A DNA stretch of 63,129 nucleotides, the filler included, from Octopus bimaculoides (lineage: Eukaryota): NCBI RefSeq assembly GCF_001194135.2. It is 9 parts of 9 records of this genome, joined end to end, with 100 filler letters (N's around TTAATTAATTAA, not from the genome) between each part and the next. Parts side by side here need not be neighbours in the genome. Positions count along the whole stretch, not along the records: positions 1 to 20,521 come from NC_068988.1; positions 20,622 to 42,190 come from NC_068997.1; 7 more parts are not named here. The stretch is one strand, 5' to 3'. Position 1 is the first letter of the stretch. Each line of letters starts with the position of its first letter. Shown here piece by piece: positions 12,650 to 23,853 of this stretch. The notes under the pieces were generated by a model. It worked only from the letters and a program-made list of their open reading frames with translations, was not told the DNA's origin and did no database searches. Both the position numbers and the translations under genes were made by a program.

Positions 12650-13125
12650 TATTGATTTACACAACACTTATTCACAGTTTCCAAGGCTTGTAAGCACATG
12701 TCTGATTGTGATGAATCTGAATTATACAGCTTATTCATCAGTGCAAAATTACATCTCCACTTGTTGAATTCTAGAAATGTGGTCACCAGATAAAATCCAT
12801 TTTGCAAAACTTTTCTATATGCTAGCTCAATATACACAGTTATTATAGCTGGAAGTGTCTTGAAATTTTGGATTTCATGCATCCACTCCACTTCATCATT
12901 ATGTTCTACAGGTTGGTCTCAGATCCCTCTCCAGAATGCCTCGATTTCCTTTGCATCTGGTATCATTGTTACGTGTATTTGCCCATCTAGTTCCTGAAGC
13001 AGTTTCTTCTGATTTGCTTCAAACAATCTGTTTTGTCTGAACTATCTTTTTCTATTATATCTTTCCAGTTTTGCTTTGATTGCTACTACTCATTGTTTCA
13101 ATTCTTCCAATATCTCATCATAACC
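12650..13125 (-). pseudogene. R4/Dong-type LINE fragment, pre-RT region
   Basis: Translation ILEELKQ..RQNRLFEANQKKLLQEL..PDAKEIEAFWRGI*DQPVEHN..EW, homologous to 26663-26885. Confidence 0.65.
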
Positions 13126-13130
13126 TTTTA

Positions 13131-13134
<4 letters not shown>

Positions 13135-13165
<31 letters not shown>

Positions 13166-14200
13166 TTATGTTTGACTTTTGCTTTCCATTTGTAAAAGTT
13201 GGCTCCAAGTCTCACCCAGAGACCTCAAGAGACAACAAGTTAGAAGTTCATGTTGGTGTTATGCCTAGGGTGCCATATATTTGGTTTTGTACATAGTGTT
13301 GTTCTAGAGAATGTTTAAGAATCCATAATAAAATTAATTGTTTGTTTTAAAATTTGAGATTACATAGACAGTATTTTACGTAGGATATGGGCAGTTCCCA
13401 TGAGCACTGTCTTTTGAATTTCTGCCAATTTGGGGTTTCTTGGTATCTGAGCTAGGTAGGAATCAGCCCCTTTTGCTATCATTCCTAGGGCACTTATGAG
13501 AACTGGTATTGTTTTAGGCTTCAGGTTCCACATTTTGATAATTTCTATTTCAAGATCATTATACTTGCTCAGTTTTTGGTAGCTCTTGACAGATACGTTT
13601 ATATCGATTGGGACAATCATATCAATGAGGAGGCATGATTTTTGTCTGAAGTCTTTCAGTATGATGTCTGGCCTATTTGCATCTATCTTTCTGTCAGTTT
13701 GAATGGTGAAGTTCCAGAGGAGTGCGATGTGATCATTTTCAAGTACTGGGGGTGGTTTGTGTTCCCACCAGTTTTTATCATGGGGCAAGTCCAGGTTTTT
13801 GCATATTACCCAGTGAATACATTGTGCAGCTCTATCATGCCTGTTGAGATACTCTGTAGGTGCAAGAAAACTGCACATGGAGACAACATGATCAATGGCC
13901 TCATTTTGTTGTTGACATACACGACATATTGGGGAGCTGCCATTCTTTAATATGTTGGCCTGGTAGTTCTTTGTAGGTAGGCATTGATCTTGGGCTGCAA
14001 TGATAAACCCTTCTGTTTCTGATTTTAGGCCAGAAGCTATTAGCCATTGATGGGTAAGGGCTTTGTCAACGTCTGCATTATTCGCTCTCTTTGGGTATTT
14101 GCCATTGAGAGGATTTTCTTGACATTTATCAGTCAGAATATCTAAGGCAGCAGTTTTAGCATGGGTTTTCATGCATTTAGCTTTTTCTGTGCTTGTTTCT
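13135..14200 (-). mobile_element. R4/Dong-type (RLE) LINE, 5'-truncated 3' end with (TAA)n tail
   Basis: Open frame 13360-14310 has LKSETEGFIIAAQDQ, CCHC CRVC..HVVSMC, RHD, RLE NRPDII..D..P..K..KY and GTAHILRK. 3' UTR ends in (TAA)n at ~13135-13164. Confidence 0.92.
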
Positions 14201-16141
14201 GATCTACACATGCTGTAGCTTGCTGTCAATAAATAAATACCATAGGGCCCAGTGCATTGATTTGCCTGGGGGCTTATAATGCTGCTAAGATGGCCCAGCC
14301 TCTGCCTCATAAATGCTTGTCACACCTGATCCCAACATGCATCTGTAATGACTTTCCACTCACCCACTAACACTGAAGAATGAAATGTACCCGGATAGGT
14401 CTCCTAGATATATAAAGAAAACTAGCTGTCCTGCTTTAGTAGAGGCATAAACTGCCATCAAGGACCACCAACTAGTCTTGTAACTCCTTAAATATATTTC
14501 TTATTTTGAAATGTAAGTGTATTCTGAACAATACAAACGCTTTACTCCACTCAAGTCAATTGAAAGAAGCTTATAGGTCATAATCAACCAGGAGAAGTGC
14601 AAGCAACTTCATGTCACAAATTCCAGTTCCCTGACAGATAATGCACCGAATCAAGTGACATGAAGTTGTTCAGCAGGTGGCCTTGTATTCAGATAGCCTC
14701 AAGCCACTCACATTCAAACATCTGATTTTTCAATCAAGCCATAGTTGCAGTCAATAAGAAAACAAAATAAATAAATTTTCCATAGCCTGCATTGTTCTTA
14801 GTTTCCATTGTTTTGGCTCTTCCAAAGTTTGATGTGAGAGACTTCAATTTAGTAAAGTGCTTACTGGTATTTTGTCATAATAAATTTCTGAATAATTTGA
14901 TTGTTCAGAAATTTATTAATAATAATATGACACTAAGAGGAGTGAAGTTTGGGAATATCCATATGTTTGTGAAAGGCATTCACTGTGTGAACTTAACTGA
15001 ATTGATTTTGGTTTATGAAAAGTAGTATATACATTGTGTTTGTTGGTGTATTAGCCATAAGTTTGAGTAGATGTCTCACTAAAACTGCTAATCTTAGTTG
15101 CTAATCCATGTCACAGTACACTCACATATAAACACACACCACACACAAGTCTTAGAGTGTTTTTTTCTTAAATCATTAATCTAATACATACCATTTCATA
15201 CCCTCACTAATAATCTACCAGTTGTGGTGACTACAGTGAGTTCAATCTTTATGCATTTACTGGTTCCACTCACCTGATTTACATTTCTGGGGCATTCTGT
15301 TGTTGCAGTTTTCTTGTACAATATAAATATGTAATATTTGGAAACTCAGAGTGATTTCTTTCACTGACATCTTTGGATATCTTATTGTGGTGTATTTCTT
15401 CATGGCATCTTTTACAATAGAATGGCTGATTGTTGCATGAATGAGTTGATATTTACTCCATGTATATCTCACATGTTTCATGAGAGAGGATATATGAAGA
15501 AACTACAATTTATTTGAAACACGTATTTCAATACCTAACCCTGGAGCGTTTAGCTTTCCTTGAGATTCAAACCTGAATGCATAAGTTCTAAAGTCAAACT
15601 GGTTGACAAACGACACTACAAAAGTTGGCAAAATTGTTCAGAGATAATTGTTGTTGGTAAACAGTAATACAGTTTGGCTTCAGAACTTTAGCATGTGTTA
15701 ATATTTATCTAAGCATCTGTGATATCAGCTTGCGGTAGGCATGTTAGTTTTACCTGTAGCACACTGTAGGTGCATCATGTCACCCCACGAGATTTCTCCC
15801 CTGTAGTAAAAGGACAGCAGCAGAGGAAACAACTCAAGAGAAAAAGCAATGTGCTAAAGGTTAAAAACAAAAGTTTAATTTTTACACCTAAATTTGTCAC
15901 TTTGGGAATTTCTGCAGTAAGTCATAGATGTTGCCAAAGAACATCTCTTTGGCAACATTTGGCTTATTGCAGCTGGAAGTGAGGAGTGCTGCCAGTTGCA
16001 CATTTATTTGGTACAAATGTTTTCATACCTCAACTTCTTCACTGAAAAACTATTCCTACTACCACTAACAATTATGTTCTTGTCTTTCTCTGAGAAGTTT
16101 TCCTTGATTCATACTTATCAGGCAATTAACAATTATATATA

Positions 16142-16358
16142 TTGGTTTCAAATTTTGGCACAAGGTCAGCAAGTGCAGAGGAAAGGGAAAGTTGATTACA
16201 TTGATCCCAGTGCTCAACTGGTACTTATTTTATCGACCTTAAAGGGATGAAAGGGCAATGCTGACCTTGGCAGAATTTGAACTCAATGCATAATGATGGA
16301 CAAAATGCCACTAAGCATTTTGCCTGGCATGCTAATGATTCTGTCAGCTCACTGCCTT
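16142..16358 (-). mobile_element. tRNA-derived SINE family 1 (tail type ..gaccttgtgccaaaatttgaaaccaat)
   Basis: A/B-box head (tgacagaatcattagc..gagttcaaattc) plus body cctttcatccctttaaggtcgataaaataagtaccagt on the minus strand. Confidence 0.85.
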
Positions 16359-17224
16359 AACAATTGTATATATTGTAAAATAAAATGCTTAATGTTTTTA
16401 GTATCACATAACTGAATATAATTTCTCATTTGCTCATAATCTAACATGTAAACATAACACATATACAACAGCCCTAAAACATAAGAGGTAAGTAGCTTAA
16501 TCATTATGCAGTGGCACCCAGTTTGGTGATATGCACAGCTTTCTTTACCAAAGATTTGCACCAATCCTTCCAAAACCCCCTGCAAGAAATTACAGCCTAT
16601 GTTTTCATTCTTCATTCTTAGGAGTACAATTTTAAAGTTTCCACTCTCTTACTGTATTTCAACTGACACGTGGAAGTAATCATCTCTGTGCAGAACCATT
16701 AGACTATTTCATATTTTCATAATGACTGAGATGCTATGATAAAACCACAGCTGAGAGCATTAATTCTGAAAATAACTGTCTTCAATATAGCCAGCATTCG
16801 TCCCATTCTTGTTTTACCAGTTTTCTACACTCTACTACTATTTTTGTAAAATGCATATGAAATTATGCAACATTTTTCATTACAATTCCCAGGACATGCA
16901 TAGATTTGAACTCTGGCGTTGTAATTTCCCATAACGCTGTATAACCAGACTGAAAGTGCAGTCTGGATATACAGGGCCATGAGTGATTACAAATGTTGAT
17001 TGGGAAGTGCTTGAAAACTTCTAACATATAAATGGGTAATTAGGGTTCACTTCTGCCGTGCTTTTACATATACAATTATGAGTTTTACATCATTATACTT
17101 TTAAACAAACATGTACGAAGATTACGTTCCTATACTTTTATTCATACAAACATGAGACTTACATCACTTATGTTTCGACATCATCAGAAATCTTCACTGC
17201 ATTTGATATTTTGCCATCAGCATA

Positions 17225-18100
17225 CAAATGTCTGCTGAAAAGTTAATAGGCTGACTAAGATACTCTCATGGAATGTGACCAAATGAGGTTTATTTTTCAG
17301 CACAGTCCCCTTGCAGTCCACACACTTCTTCCATCAGTGCTGCAGTGCTTGGATCCCATTGGTGAAGAAACTTTCACCTTGTTGGTCAAAAAAGTCATCA
17401 ACAGCAGATATGATGTCATCATCACTACAATAGTGGTTCCCAGCTAGGTGATCTTTCATGCTGGGGAAAAGATGATAGTCAGATGGATTTAACCCTTTAG
17501 TGTTTAGATTACTCTGTTAAATGTAATATTTTTTTACTCAAATTGTTTTGAATTAATCATGCATTATCTTATAGCTTTGAGGTTTCAATGATGTGATTGT
17601 TTATATTTAGAATGTCAATGTAGGTTAAGTGTGAGAGGCTAGATATAGCCAGTTTGAATATAAAACATACAGAATATTTGGGCCAGATATGGCTGGTTTA
17701 AACACTAAAGGGTTAAATCAGGAGTATAGGAAGAGTGATCGACTAGTTCAAAGCCACAGTCACATACAGCAGCCATTGAAACTGAGGACTTGTGTGCAGA
17801 AGCATTATTCTGATGAATCTAGACTACTTTCGTCTGGTTTCTGATTAAACAAGACTCCTTTTGTCTTGATAACCTTTTGTAACTTCCTCAGCAAATTGCC
17901 ATAGTATTCTCCCTGTAGATAGTCAATAAGTACAATTCATTTTGTGTCCCAAAAAGCACAGGCCATCACCTTTCACTGCAGATGAAACAACATTGCCCTT
18001 TTTTGGAGCAGGTGAGGAGGGCTGTTTCTACTCCATGGATTATATCTTTGGCTTTGGCTCAAAGTGATGAAAACAATACTCATCCTGGGTTAGGAAATAT
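17225..18100 (-). mobile_element. Mariner transposon 3' half (DD34D-type domain, degenerate) with right TIR
   Basis: FLTQDE..HHFEP..VMACAFWD..LIDYLQ..HQNNASAH..YTPDLNPSDYHLFPSMK..WKKCVDCKGD. The end reads TA-caaatgtctgctgaaaagtt at 17223. Confidence 0.9.
17493..17712. mobile_element. piggyBac-like MITE inserted in the mariner YSPDL motif
   Basis: Perfect 14-bp TIR ccctttagtgttta / taaacactaaaggg with TTAA on both sides (17489-92, 17713-16). Removing it restores TPDLNPSD. Confidence 0.93.
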
Positions 18101-18130
18101 ATATAAATGAAAGTTTGTGTGAAAAATTAC

Positions 18131-18170
<40 letters not shown>

Positions 18171-18171
<1 letters not shown>

Positions 18172-18366
18172 ATAAAAATAAGAGGAATGACCAGCAAAAG
18201 TGGACTCCTATATGCTAGAAATAGATGCCGAATCATCTACCCACGAAGAATATGTTCTCAGTAAAAATCGTTCTTCTGAGAACATATTCTTCGTGGTTAG
18301 ATGATTCAGCATCTATTTATAGCATATAGGAGTCCACTTTTGCTGGTCATTCCTCTTATTTTTGTA
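18171..18366. repeat. Long near-perfect palindrome (~90-bp arms, 14-nt loop)
   Basis: Left arm 18171-18261, loop taaaaatcgttctt, right arm 18276-18366; about 4 mismatches. Confidence 0.95.
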
Positions 18367-18452
18367 TGTAATATAATTTTAATCTTCGGATTTTTTTAAT
18401 ATGCTAGATCACTGGTTTTAATTGATTAATATCAATTCCTACCCTTATTATT

Positions 18453-18488
<36 letters not shown>

Positions 18489-18714
18489 GCATATACATAT
18501 CTATATGTATATACACACATATGCATACGCATGCAAATATACTCATATATACATACATATTTATATACATATAATTGTTAATTTACATTTGATGATTTTG
18601 ATTTTTATTTCCATTTGGTATTTCTTATGACCTGAGTCTATTTGAATCTATGTGATACTCTTTATCAATGGAATGCTAAAAACAGAATATGTAAATGACA
18701 CCCGTGAAATCAGA

Positions 18715-19235
18715 GTTGGGCTGTCGCCAGTGCCTTGCAGATGGTACCCATGAATCGTAGTCATAGTTGTGGTCATTGATGGTGCCATGTGAATGGCACC
18801 TGTTAATCACAGTTCTGGTTGTTGATGGTGCCATGTAAATGGCACCCAAAAATTGTAGTCATGGTCGTTGCCAGTACCATGTAAAAGGCACCAGTGAATT
18901 ATCATGGTCATTGCCACTGCCATATAAATGGCACCTGTGAATCATAGTTGTGGTCGCTGCCAGTGCCATGTAAATGGCACCCACATGTCATAGCCGAGGT
19001 TGTTGCTGGTGCCATATAAATGGCACCTGTGAATTGTAGTCATGGTCGTTGCTGGTGTCATGTAAACGCACTCATTACACTCTTGAAGTGGTTGGCATTA
19101 GGAGGAGCATCCAGCTGTAGAAACCATGCCATATCAGACTGGAATCTGGTGCAGCTCTCCAGCTTATCAGCTCCGGTCAAACCATCTAACCCATGCCAGC
19201 ATGAAGAGTGGAAGTTAAATGATGATGATGATGAT
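18715..19235 (+). mobile_element. SINE-like element with an internal ~45-bp hairpin minisatellite and (GAT)n tail
   Basis: About 8 units carrying GGTGCCAT-GTAA-ATGGCACC, then tggttggcattaggaggagcatccagc..aacccatgccagcatg..ttaaatgatgatg. Confidence 0.8.
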
Positions 19236-20289
19236 ATATATAGGTATTCCTGAAGAACAGAGTAGGAAATTATCCAGCGGGCAAAATTGGAATTTCTGTA
19301 ATTGTGAATATTTTAAGCATTGTAAATTATGATATTTTGATTTTGTATTAACAGAAACGGTGGGGAATTTTCTTTGGTCTCTTCCCACCACTTTCCCTAT
19401 TCTCTGTAATTTGTTTAACTTTTTAGTTCTGACTTACTTTTGAATATTTATTCAGATTTATGGCTGAAAGAACTGAAATTATGATCCTTCAAATATATGA
19501 TCAAATCTGGCAAAAAAAAAAAAAAAATTGAAACTGAAAAAACTATAGAAACTAATGGTGACATCAGTTTAAGTGCCTTTTATTTCTAGTCACACTCTCT
19601 TTCTCTATAAACACCAACAAGTTTTGGTTACAATCCTTCTGGGTTGTTGGAGTGGAACTAACTGCTCTGTGTTTTTTTTTCATGAGGAGCTCTATGTTGC
19701 ATACTCACATGTTGGACCAAGCAAACACATCTCTACATCAGAGCACCAAATTGAGAACGAGAGATGTTGTCCACCCTTGAGCTCTTGCTGAGTAAAGCAC
19801 ATTTCGTTTTGTGTGTTGCATATCAATAAGAATTACAAGAAAATATATACAAAGTAAAACATGTAAATAGGTGACAATTGAAATTATCCATAAACATAGT
19901 ATCAAAAGCTTCACACACCCACACACTCACATGCATGTGAGCACGCATGCACACACACACACATATGCACACACTACATAAAATCTTGTATTAAATTAGG
20001 TTATTTAAGTTTAAAAAAATATTGCATCACATATTCAATACCTGAGCAATGCCAGAAACATCTGCTGGTTTACACACACTCACTCTCTCTCTCTCTCACA
20101 CACACACACACATGCACGTGCGAGGGAAATAAAAAATTATCTGCATTTTCGCCTTAACATGCCTTTATTATTGTCACACCACCTTCTGCACATGTGTGCT
20201 TATAGTTGGTACTATTGTGGTCATGTGATCAAAGTTTAAGCCTGATTGGACCATTTATCATTTTGGCTTTACAGTGTAAGTATGGCCAC

Positions 20290-20521
20290 TCCACTAGCAA
20301 CGTGCACCAAAAGAGAACAAAAAGCAGTAATCTGAGAGATGGTAATGGTGAATCAATTCACCATTACCATCACTTGAGCTTGTTGAATCTTCTCATCAGT
20401 GGTGGAGGTTGATGGGTGTCCTGTTCCCTCTTCTTGTGTCAAAATTATCCGGCCACTTTTAAACTTCTCAATCCACTCAGACACACTTCTACGCAGTGGT
20501 GCACAATTCTAGTGGAGCGGT
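20290..20521 (-). pseudogene. Mariner transposase N-terminal (HTH) fragment
   Basis: RSVSEWIEKFKSGR..EEGTGHPSTSTTDEKIQQAQ; cut by an N gap. Confidence 0.75.
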
Positions 20522-20565
20522 NNNNNNNNNNNNNNNNNNNNNNNNNNNNNNNNNNNNNNNNNNNN

Positions 20566-20577
20566 TTAATTAATTAA
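20566..20577. other. Assembly spacer TTAATTAATTAA inside 100-bp N gaps (recurs near 42235, 45185, 53775, 55804, 57140, 59903, 62015)
   Basis: Identical 12-mer each time, flanked by ~44 N per side; it has stops in all six frames. Confidence 0.95.
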
Positions 20578-20766
20578 NNNNNNNNNNNNNNNNNNNNNNN
20601 NNNNNNNNNNNNNNNNNNNNNGCACTACTGGGTACTGCACACATTCTACGCAAAACACTTTCAATACAGTAAACATAAGAGCACCACAGCAAACCACAGC
20701 ACATACCCAAGGCGCACAGAGCTGCGCTCGGTAGTGAAGTGAAAGCACGTTATAAAAATAAAACTA

Positions 20767-20769
<3 letters not shown>

Positions 20770-20828
<59 letters not shown>

Positions 20829-20857
20829 TGATGATTATGATGATGATGAAGATGATG
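20770..20857. repeat. (TAA)n/(TGA)n microsatellite
   Basis: Direct reading. Confidence 0.95.
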
Positions 20858-22120
20858 TTTTCTTTATTGACCACAAAGGATTTACATAAAGAAAAACATT
20901 ATGGACTGTACTGGGTAAAAGACTGAACGCCTGTATATGTGTGTGCGTGTAAACAGGTTAAGCGCAAGAAAAAAGAAAAAAAATAACAACGTGCAATCCT
21001 CAACAAGGATGAAGCTTTCAAGAGCTGCTCATGGAAAAACCCCATAAAACCCACAAGTGCCCTGACTTCTGGGGCAGGTGCCTTTTCACAGTTCCTCATC
21101 TTCAATTACATGCGTATACTCAGGGCAGACCCGTTTATTTGCAACATTCTCGCCCCCTTTCAACGAAATGGCTAGAAGGCAACACTTCCCTCTCTGCCCT
21201 TACTTTTCTCTTCAAGTTTCACTTAAAGAAGTTGATCAGAGATTGGTCATACAGAAAAATGTTTTGTCTTCAGCCCCTTCAATCTCATCCGCCATACAAC
21301 CTCTTCCACCATGGCCACCAGGCATATAAAAACTGCCTGCCCTTCCCAGTTAAAAGAATTGCGGCGGAGCGATCTTCTCGGTGGACTTAGCCGATAGCCG
21401 GATTCGTCCCACACGCGACAGCAAGTGTTCGACATAAGCCCACAGGTCAATAATGTTCAGACACCGGACTAGTACATGCAGAATGGTTTCGTCGCCCTGT
21501 GCACATCTCAGACATGCTTGGCTGACGGCACTTCCGTGCCTGTAGAGTTTATCTCGAACAAACAAAGCTCCCGCAAGTTATCCATCGATCCCGGGCCAAA
21601 AATTCTCTGGAAGAGAGTAGCTAGCTGTTCACCTTCCACGTTCAAGGTCTCCTCAAGAACGTCGTCGCACTTTCCCGCCACTAATCTTCTACAGAACGCT
21701 AAAGTGGGCTTTTCCCCTATCGCCGTGTCCGACTGCCTGAAGGATAGTAAGCGCTTGAAGACATTCCACTTTCAAAATGCCTTCTCACGGTTCCTGTTCG
21801 ACCCAGGACTGCAGCTCCGTTAAGGAGACCAGTTGGGAAAACACGTGTTTGGCGAACGGCGACTACACTTGTTCACCGTCATGGAAGCGCTGGAGACGTC
21901 GTAACCTTGGCGCATGTTTGCGCATCATCAGCCACGGCATGCCCAATCCCCCACGGTGCGGGTGCGGACAGCAGAGACAGGCTGCCTGGCCGTCGGAACG
22001 CGTACCTTTCACAAAAAGCGAAAGACTATACGGTCTAATGCAATAAGACGGGGACCGGAACAGGGCACGACGTCCAAGAGGTAGTAGATCATGGATGCGA
22101 TGTACTAGCTAGCTACCTAG
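20858..22120 (-). mobile_element. L1/Tx1-type LINE, 5'-truncated, complete 3' UTR
   Basis: IASMIYYLL..; CLRCAQGDETILHVLVRC; LINFFK*NLKRKVRAEREVL. Ends cctttgtggtcaataaagagaaac followed by (ATC)/(ATT)n. Confidence 0.9.
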
Positions 22121-22158
22121 TAATAATAATAATAATAATGATAATAATAATAATAATA

Positions 22159-22465
22159 AAGTCGATAAAGATGACAGGTTAGCTTAGGAGGTTAAGCAGT
22201 TGTGGTCGCTGAAAAAGGTAGTAGTAGTACCGATAATTGTCGGAGCCAAGAGTTAGTAAAAATCTTGAAACGTGCATGGAACAAATAGGGACTGCAATAA
22301 GGGTGGAGCACTTGCAGAAAACAGCACTGCTTGGAACCGCTTGAAATAATCCGGATGGTGCTCGAAAAATAAGCGGTTTTACCTTAGTCCACTGGTAGTG
22401 AACATCTGGCACCGTAGTACATCTCCAGCATTAGTAGCTGTGCAAAGACAATAAATAACAACAAG
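22159..22465 (+). mobile_element. R4/Dong-type LINE extreme 3' end
   Basis: EVKQLWSLKKVVVVPIIVGA..LQKTALLGTA..MVLEK*. (TAA)n upstream (22121-22158) and (GAT)n downstream. Confidence 0.85.
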
Positions 22466-22466
22466 A

Positions 22467-22516
<50 letters not shown>

Positions 22517-22519
22517 ATG

Positions 22520-22807
22520 GATAATTCACCTTTGGAAACATGGGTATTTCGTTTAACATCCTTAAATAACCTTTACTCAGGGACCTTTTGAGCGGGATCG
22601 GCTACTCGACGTGAAGAAAATTTTAACTGGGCCCTACCTGCAAAGCCATGTGTTGTTTATCTTGATATGAGATCACCATGTCGTGCACATATGGTTGTGA
22701 TCCATGTGCCTGGTGTACCCTTATCAGACGGGTAGTCATGATGGGTGTAATGGGCTTCGTATATTTTAACCAGTGTCACTTTGATGGCATGCACTGCTCT
22801 CTCACTC

Positions 22808-22808
<1 letters not shown>
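22520..22808 (+). mobile_element. Unclassified SINE-like/LINE 3' end followed by (TAA)n
   Basis: GC-richer segment ending gcactgctctctcactc-(AAT)n. No second copy in the window. Confidence 0.4.
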
Positions 22809-22861
<53 letters not shown>

Positions 22862-23716
22862 TAATAATAATAATAATAATAATAACGATGATGATGATGA
22901 TAATAATANNNNNNNNNNNNNNNNNNNNNNNNNNNNNNNNNNNNNNNNNNNNNNNNNNNNNNNNNNNNNNNNNNNNNNNNNNNNNNNNNNNNNNNNNNNN
23001 NNNNNNNNNNNNNNNNNNNNNNNNNNNNNNNNNNNNNNNNNNNNNNNNNNNNNNNNNNNNNNNNNNNNNNNNNNNNNNNNNNNNNNNNNNNNNNNNNNNN
23101 NNNNNNNNNNNNNNNNNNNNNNNNNNNNNNNNNNNNNNNNNNNNNNNNNNNNNNNNNNNNNNNNNNNNNNNNNNNNNNNNNNNNNNNNNNNNNNNNNNNN
23201 NNNNNNNNNNNNNNNNNNNNNNNNNNNNNNNNNNNNNNNNNNNNNNNNNNNNNNNNNNNNNNNNNNNNNNNNNNNNNNNNNNNNNNNNNNNNNNNNNNNN
23301 NNNNNNNNNNNNNNNNNNNNNNNNNNNNNNNNNNNNNNNNNNNNNNNNNNNNNNNNNNNNNNNNNNNNNNNNNNNNNNNNNNNNNNNNNNNNNNNNNNNN
23401 NNNNNNNNNNNNNNNNNNNNNNNNNNNNNNNNNNNNNNNNNNNNNNNNNNNNNNNNNNNNNNNNNNNNNNNNNNNNNNNNNNNNNNNNNNNNNNNNNNNN
23501 NNNNNNNNNNNNNNNNNNNNNNNNNNNNNNNNNNNNNNNNNNNNNNNNNNNNNNNNNNNNNNNNNNNNNNNNNNNNNNNNNNNNNNNNNNNNNNNNNNNN
23601 NNNNNNNNNNNNNNNNNNNNNNNNNNNNNNNNNNNNNNNNNNNNNNNNNNNNNNNNNNNNNNNNNNNNNNNNNNNNNNNNNNNNNNNNNNNNNNNNNNNN
23701 NNNNNNNNNNNNNNNG

Positions 23717-23765
<49 letters not shown>

Positions 23766-23776
23766 TGATGATGATG

Positions 23777-23807
<31 letters not shown>

Positions 23808-23815
23808 TGATGATG

Positions 23816-23853
<38 letters not shown>

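Noticed and set aside
15330-15480. B-box-like Cys/His pattern (SCNNQPFYCKRCHEEIH) on the minus strand
   Set aside because: In-frame stop, incomplete ligand set and no convincing splice sites.
18722-19075. CRISPR-like array of palindromic repeats
   Set aside because: Spacers resemble one another, the context is eukaryotic, there are no cas genes, and it is embedded in a SINE-like element.
20522-20621. Recurrent TTAATTAATTAA islands as a biological motif
   Set aside because: Always centred in a 100-bp N block with stops in six frames; this is a scaffolding spacer.
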